The notes under the pieces: generated by a model
What the model saw: only the letters and a program-made list of their open reading frames with translations
Told to the model about the DNA's origin: nothing
Databases searched by the model: none
Shown: in pieces, positions 34,376-36,748 of the stretch
Position numbering within the stretch: the first letter of the stretch is position 1
How the letters are laid out: each line of letters begins with the position of its first letter
NCBI GenBank assembly: GCA_035650735.1
Contig: DASRGZ010000044.1
Location: forward strand, 1 to 36,748
Direction of reading: 5' to 3'
Origin: Chthonomonadaceae bacterium
GTDB lineage: Bacteria > Armatimonadota > Chthonomonadetes > Chthonomonadales > Chthonomonadaceae
Length of the DNA stretch: 36,748 nucleotides
Made by a program: the position numbers and the translations under genes

Positions 34376-35620
34376 CTATTCGGGTAGAGTGACGGTGATC
34401 GTTGTTCCGGCGTCAAGCGCGCTGGTGATAGCCAGCTCACCGCCGAGGGCTTCCGCACGTTCCCGCATGGCCAGCAGTCCGACGCCGATATGCTGCGCGC
34501 CGACATCAAAGCCTTTGCCGTCGTCGCGGATAACGCAGGTAAGGGAACCTCTGGGCGCTCGGGCCAGCGTGATTTCGATGACGCTTGGCAGGGCATGTTT
34601 GGCGGCATTAGTGAGGGCTTCCTGCACAATGCGCATCAGGCCGAACGCCGCTTCCGGACGCAGCCGCCAGTCCTCGCCCTCTACCTTCAGGTCTACGGCC
34701 AGTCCGGTGCGTTCGGCAAACCGCCCGATATGCCGCCGCAGCGTATCCACCAGGCCGTCTTCTCGGGCGGCGTCCATCTCCCAGGGCCGCAGATGGAACG
34801 CCAGATCACGTCCCTCATTCCAGGCCGCGCGCAGCGCCGGTATCTCCTCTTTCAGGATGGTCTGCGCCTCTTCCGGGGCTTTGGGGATCAGGCGGGCGCA
34901 GAGCTCTAGCCGCAGAATGCTGCTCACCAGCGCATGGCCCAGGCCGTCGTGTATCTCGCGAGCGATGCGCGCCCGTTCCTCTCCGGTGGCCATCTGTTCC
35001 CGCAGCAGCAGCAGTTCCTGGTTGCGCGCCGCCGCGTTGGCGCTGATGCGCCGTCCCAGCGCGCCGACCACCACCAGGAAGAACAGTCGCGACGCCATGA
35101 TACGCACGAACACCAGCGTGGGGATTGCGGGCGGGGGACTCACCAACTGGTAGGGCAGGGCGGCCAGCAGATAGGCAGCGATGATCGTCACGTCTATGCG
35201 GTGCTTGGCCTGGGGGGTGGCGAACAGGGACTCGAAGGTCATCACGACGAAATAGAGCAACCATAGATCGCTTTCGATGCCGCCCGTGACGCCAATGGAC
35301 GCCGAGATCAGCGCGATGTCCAGATAGGTGAAGAACCAGGCCCAGCTATCCGTCAAGTTTCCGCCGCGCCGGTAAGCCAGGTAGGTGCGCCCGCCGCCAT
35401 CGGCCAGCGCCAGCCCAAACAGAACCCAGGCCGCCCAGACCGGCACGCGCAGCAGATGCTGCTGCTGTGCGATAGGCAGGTAGATCAGCACAAAAGCCAG
35501 GGACATCCAGAGATATTTGTTTATCTGCCAGAGCTGCCGCGTCCTGGCATCCATGCTTGGCTTGAGCATGGCATAAGCTTCCAGACGACGGTGGAGCTGT
35601 TGACTCATGTTGGTATCCAT
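34376..35620 (-). CDS. Membrane sensor histidine kinase (HisKA_3/NarX-like)
   Basis: Multi-TM N terminus. EERARIAREIHDGLGH, QEALTNAAKHA, DDGKGF, GLLAMRERA and GTTI. Confidence 0.93.
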   Translation of the reverse strand: MDTNMSQQLHRRLEAYAMLKPSMDARTRQLWQINKYLWMSLAFVLIYLPIAQQQHLLRVPVWAAWVLFGLALADGGGRTYLAYRRGGNLTDSWAWFFTYLDIALISASIGVTGGIESDLWLLYFVVMTFESLFATPQAKHRIDVTIIAAYLLAALPYQLVSPPPAIPTLVFVRIMASRLFFLVVVGALGRRISANAAARNQELLLLREQMATGEERARIAREIHDGLGHALVSSILRLELCARLIPKAPEEAQTILKEEIPALRAAWNEGRDLAFHLRPWEMDAAREDGLVDTLRRHIGRFAERTGLAVDLKVEGEDWRLRPEAAFGLMRIVQEALTNAAKHALPSVIEITLARAPRGSLTCVIRDDGKGFDVGAQHIGVGLLAMRERAEALGGELAITSALDAGTTITVTLPE

Positions 35621-35650
35621 GCCGACCTGACCCCATCTCCCTTTCCTACT

Positions 35651-36748
35651 TCATGACCACGTCCACTCCCGGATCTCGTCCGGGTCGGTGCCGTTGGCTT
35701 CGATGTAGGCGCGATGGTCGGCCAGTTTTTGCTGATACCGCGTCGCAATGTCCTCGGCCTGCGCGGCTATGGCGGGATTCAAGGGCGCAGCGGCACGCAC
35801 GGCCTGTATGACGACGTGGTAGCGGTCGGCCCCATTGCGTACCAGCAGATCAAAGGGCGTGGTGGTCGTGCCCTCCTCGATGTAGCCGTTGATCTGGAAG
35901 CGGGCGGCGGAGGGGCGGTCAAATAACAGTTGCTTGACGGCGCTGGGATAGCCGTGAAAATTGAAGATCACAGGCCGGTCGGGAGTGAACAGGGCATCAA
36001 AGGCGGCAGGCGTCAGCCCGTGCGGGTGGAAGGTATGCTCTTCGAGAATGAGCAGGTCGGTCACGTTGACGACCCGCACGCGCAGCTCCGGCGCTTCCCG
36101 GCGCAGCAGCCAGGCCGCCGCCAGAACCTCCGCCGTCGGATAGACGCCTGCCGACGCCAGCACTACATCCGGCTGCTCGCCCTCGTCCGTGCTGGCCCAG
36201 CCCCAGATCGAGGCGCCGGCGCGGCAGTGGGCGATAGCCGCCTCCATCGTGAGCCACTGCGGCATGGGCTGCTTGGAGGCGATGACCAGGTTGATCTTGT
36301 CCAGGCTGGTCAGGCAGTGGTCTACCGTTGAGAGCAGGCAGTTGGCGTCCGGAGGCAGGTAGACGCGGGCGTGCCGGGCCTTCTTGTTGAGCAGCGTATT
36401 AATGAACCCCGGCCCCTGATGCGAGAAGCCGTTGTGATCCTGACGCCAGCCTTCGGAGGTCAGCAGGTAGGTAAACGAGGTGACCGGCGCCCGCCAGGGA
36501 ATCTCGTCGGCCTGCTTGAGGAACTTGGCGTACTGGTTGAGCATACTGTCCACGATGGAGATAAAGGCCTCATAGCAGGGAAACAGGCCATGCCGCCCGG
36601 TCAGCAGATAGCCTTGCAGCCAGCCCTGGCAGTTATGCTCGCTCAGCATCTCGATGACCCGTCCGCTCTTGCCCATGAAGTCATCGCGGGGGTCGGTGGG
36701 CCACGCAAACTGGCGGCTGGTCGCCTCAAAGACGGCGTTCAAGCGATT
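35651..36748 (-). CDS. xfp: Phosphoketolase (XFP), C-terminal half; 5' end lies outside the window
   Basis: EMLSEHNCQGWLQGYLLTGRHG, WRQDHNGFSHQGPG, YLPPDANCLL, FNFHGYP and GYIEEGTTTTPFD. Confidence 0.96.
   Translation of the reverse strand, partial: NRLNAVFEATSRQFAWPTDPRDDFMGKSGRVIEMLSEHNCQGWLQGYLLTGRHGLFPCYEAFISIVDSMLNQYAKFLKQADEIPWRAPVTSFTYLLTSEGWRQDHNGFSHQGPGFINTLLNKKARHARVYLPPDANCLLSTVDHCLTSLDKINLVIASKQPMPQWLTMEAAIAHCRAGASIWGWASTDEGEQPDVVLASAGVYPTAEVLAAAWLLRREAPELRVRVVNVTDLLILEEHTFHPHGLTPAAFDALFTPDRPVIFNFHGYPSAVKQLLFDRPSAARFQINGYIEEGTTTTPFDLLVRNGADRYHVVIQAVRAAAPLNPAIAAQAEDIATRYQQKLADHRAYIEANGTDPDEIREWTWS

Overview
GC-rich bacterial DNA, 36.7 kb. The gene content (cyclase-STAND-TPR, CHAT-TPR, HAF-repeat and GH2/GH99-like genes) suggests Armatimonadota, but this is an inference only. 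I find about 30 coding regions: a 5'-truncated class III cyclase-TIR-AAA protein, an ABM monooxygenase plus Fe-alcohol dehydrogenase, a GH99-like secreted hydrolase, a divergent CHAT-TPR / cyclase-STAND-TPR pair, a DehI-family protein, a stand-alone LigD polymerase, GT4, GH2, an ars operon (arsR-arsM-small membrane protein-arsC-aquaporin), PhyH, ABC, HAF, GNATs, mug, a cupin, an APH(6)-like kinase, a SufR-like regulator, a histidine kinase and a phosphoketolase cut by the window edge. There are also four broken genes. The most striking layer is intergenic. It holds five unrelated families of 70-103 bp non-autonomous elements (MITEs) with readable terminal inverted repeats and target-site duplications, plus two weaker candidates. 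They include a 103-bp element flanked by TAGATA in both copies, an 82-bp IS1-like element in three copies, and two different elements stacked at one TTA site. Also present are a ~48-bp structured element with a compensatory base pair found twice inside or next to REP-like palindromes, and a 36-35-36 bp repeat-spacer-repeat unit. No transposase or cas gene is visible in the window. All family calls come from motif recognition, not database searches.
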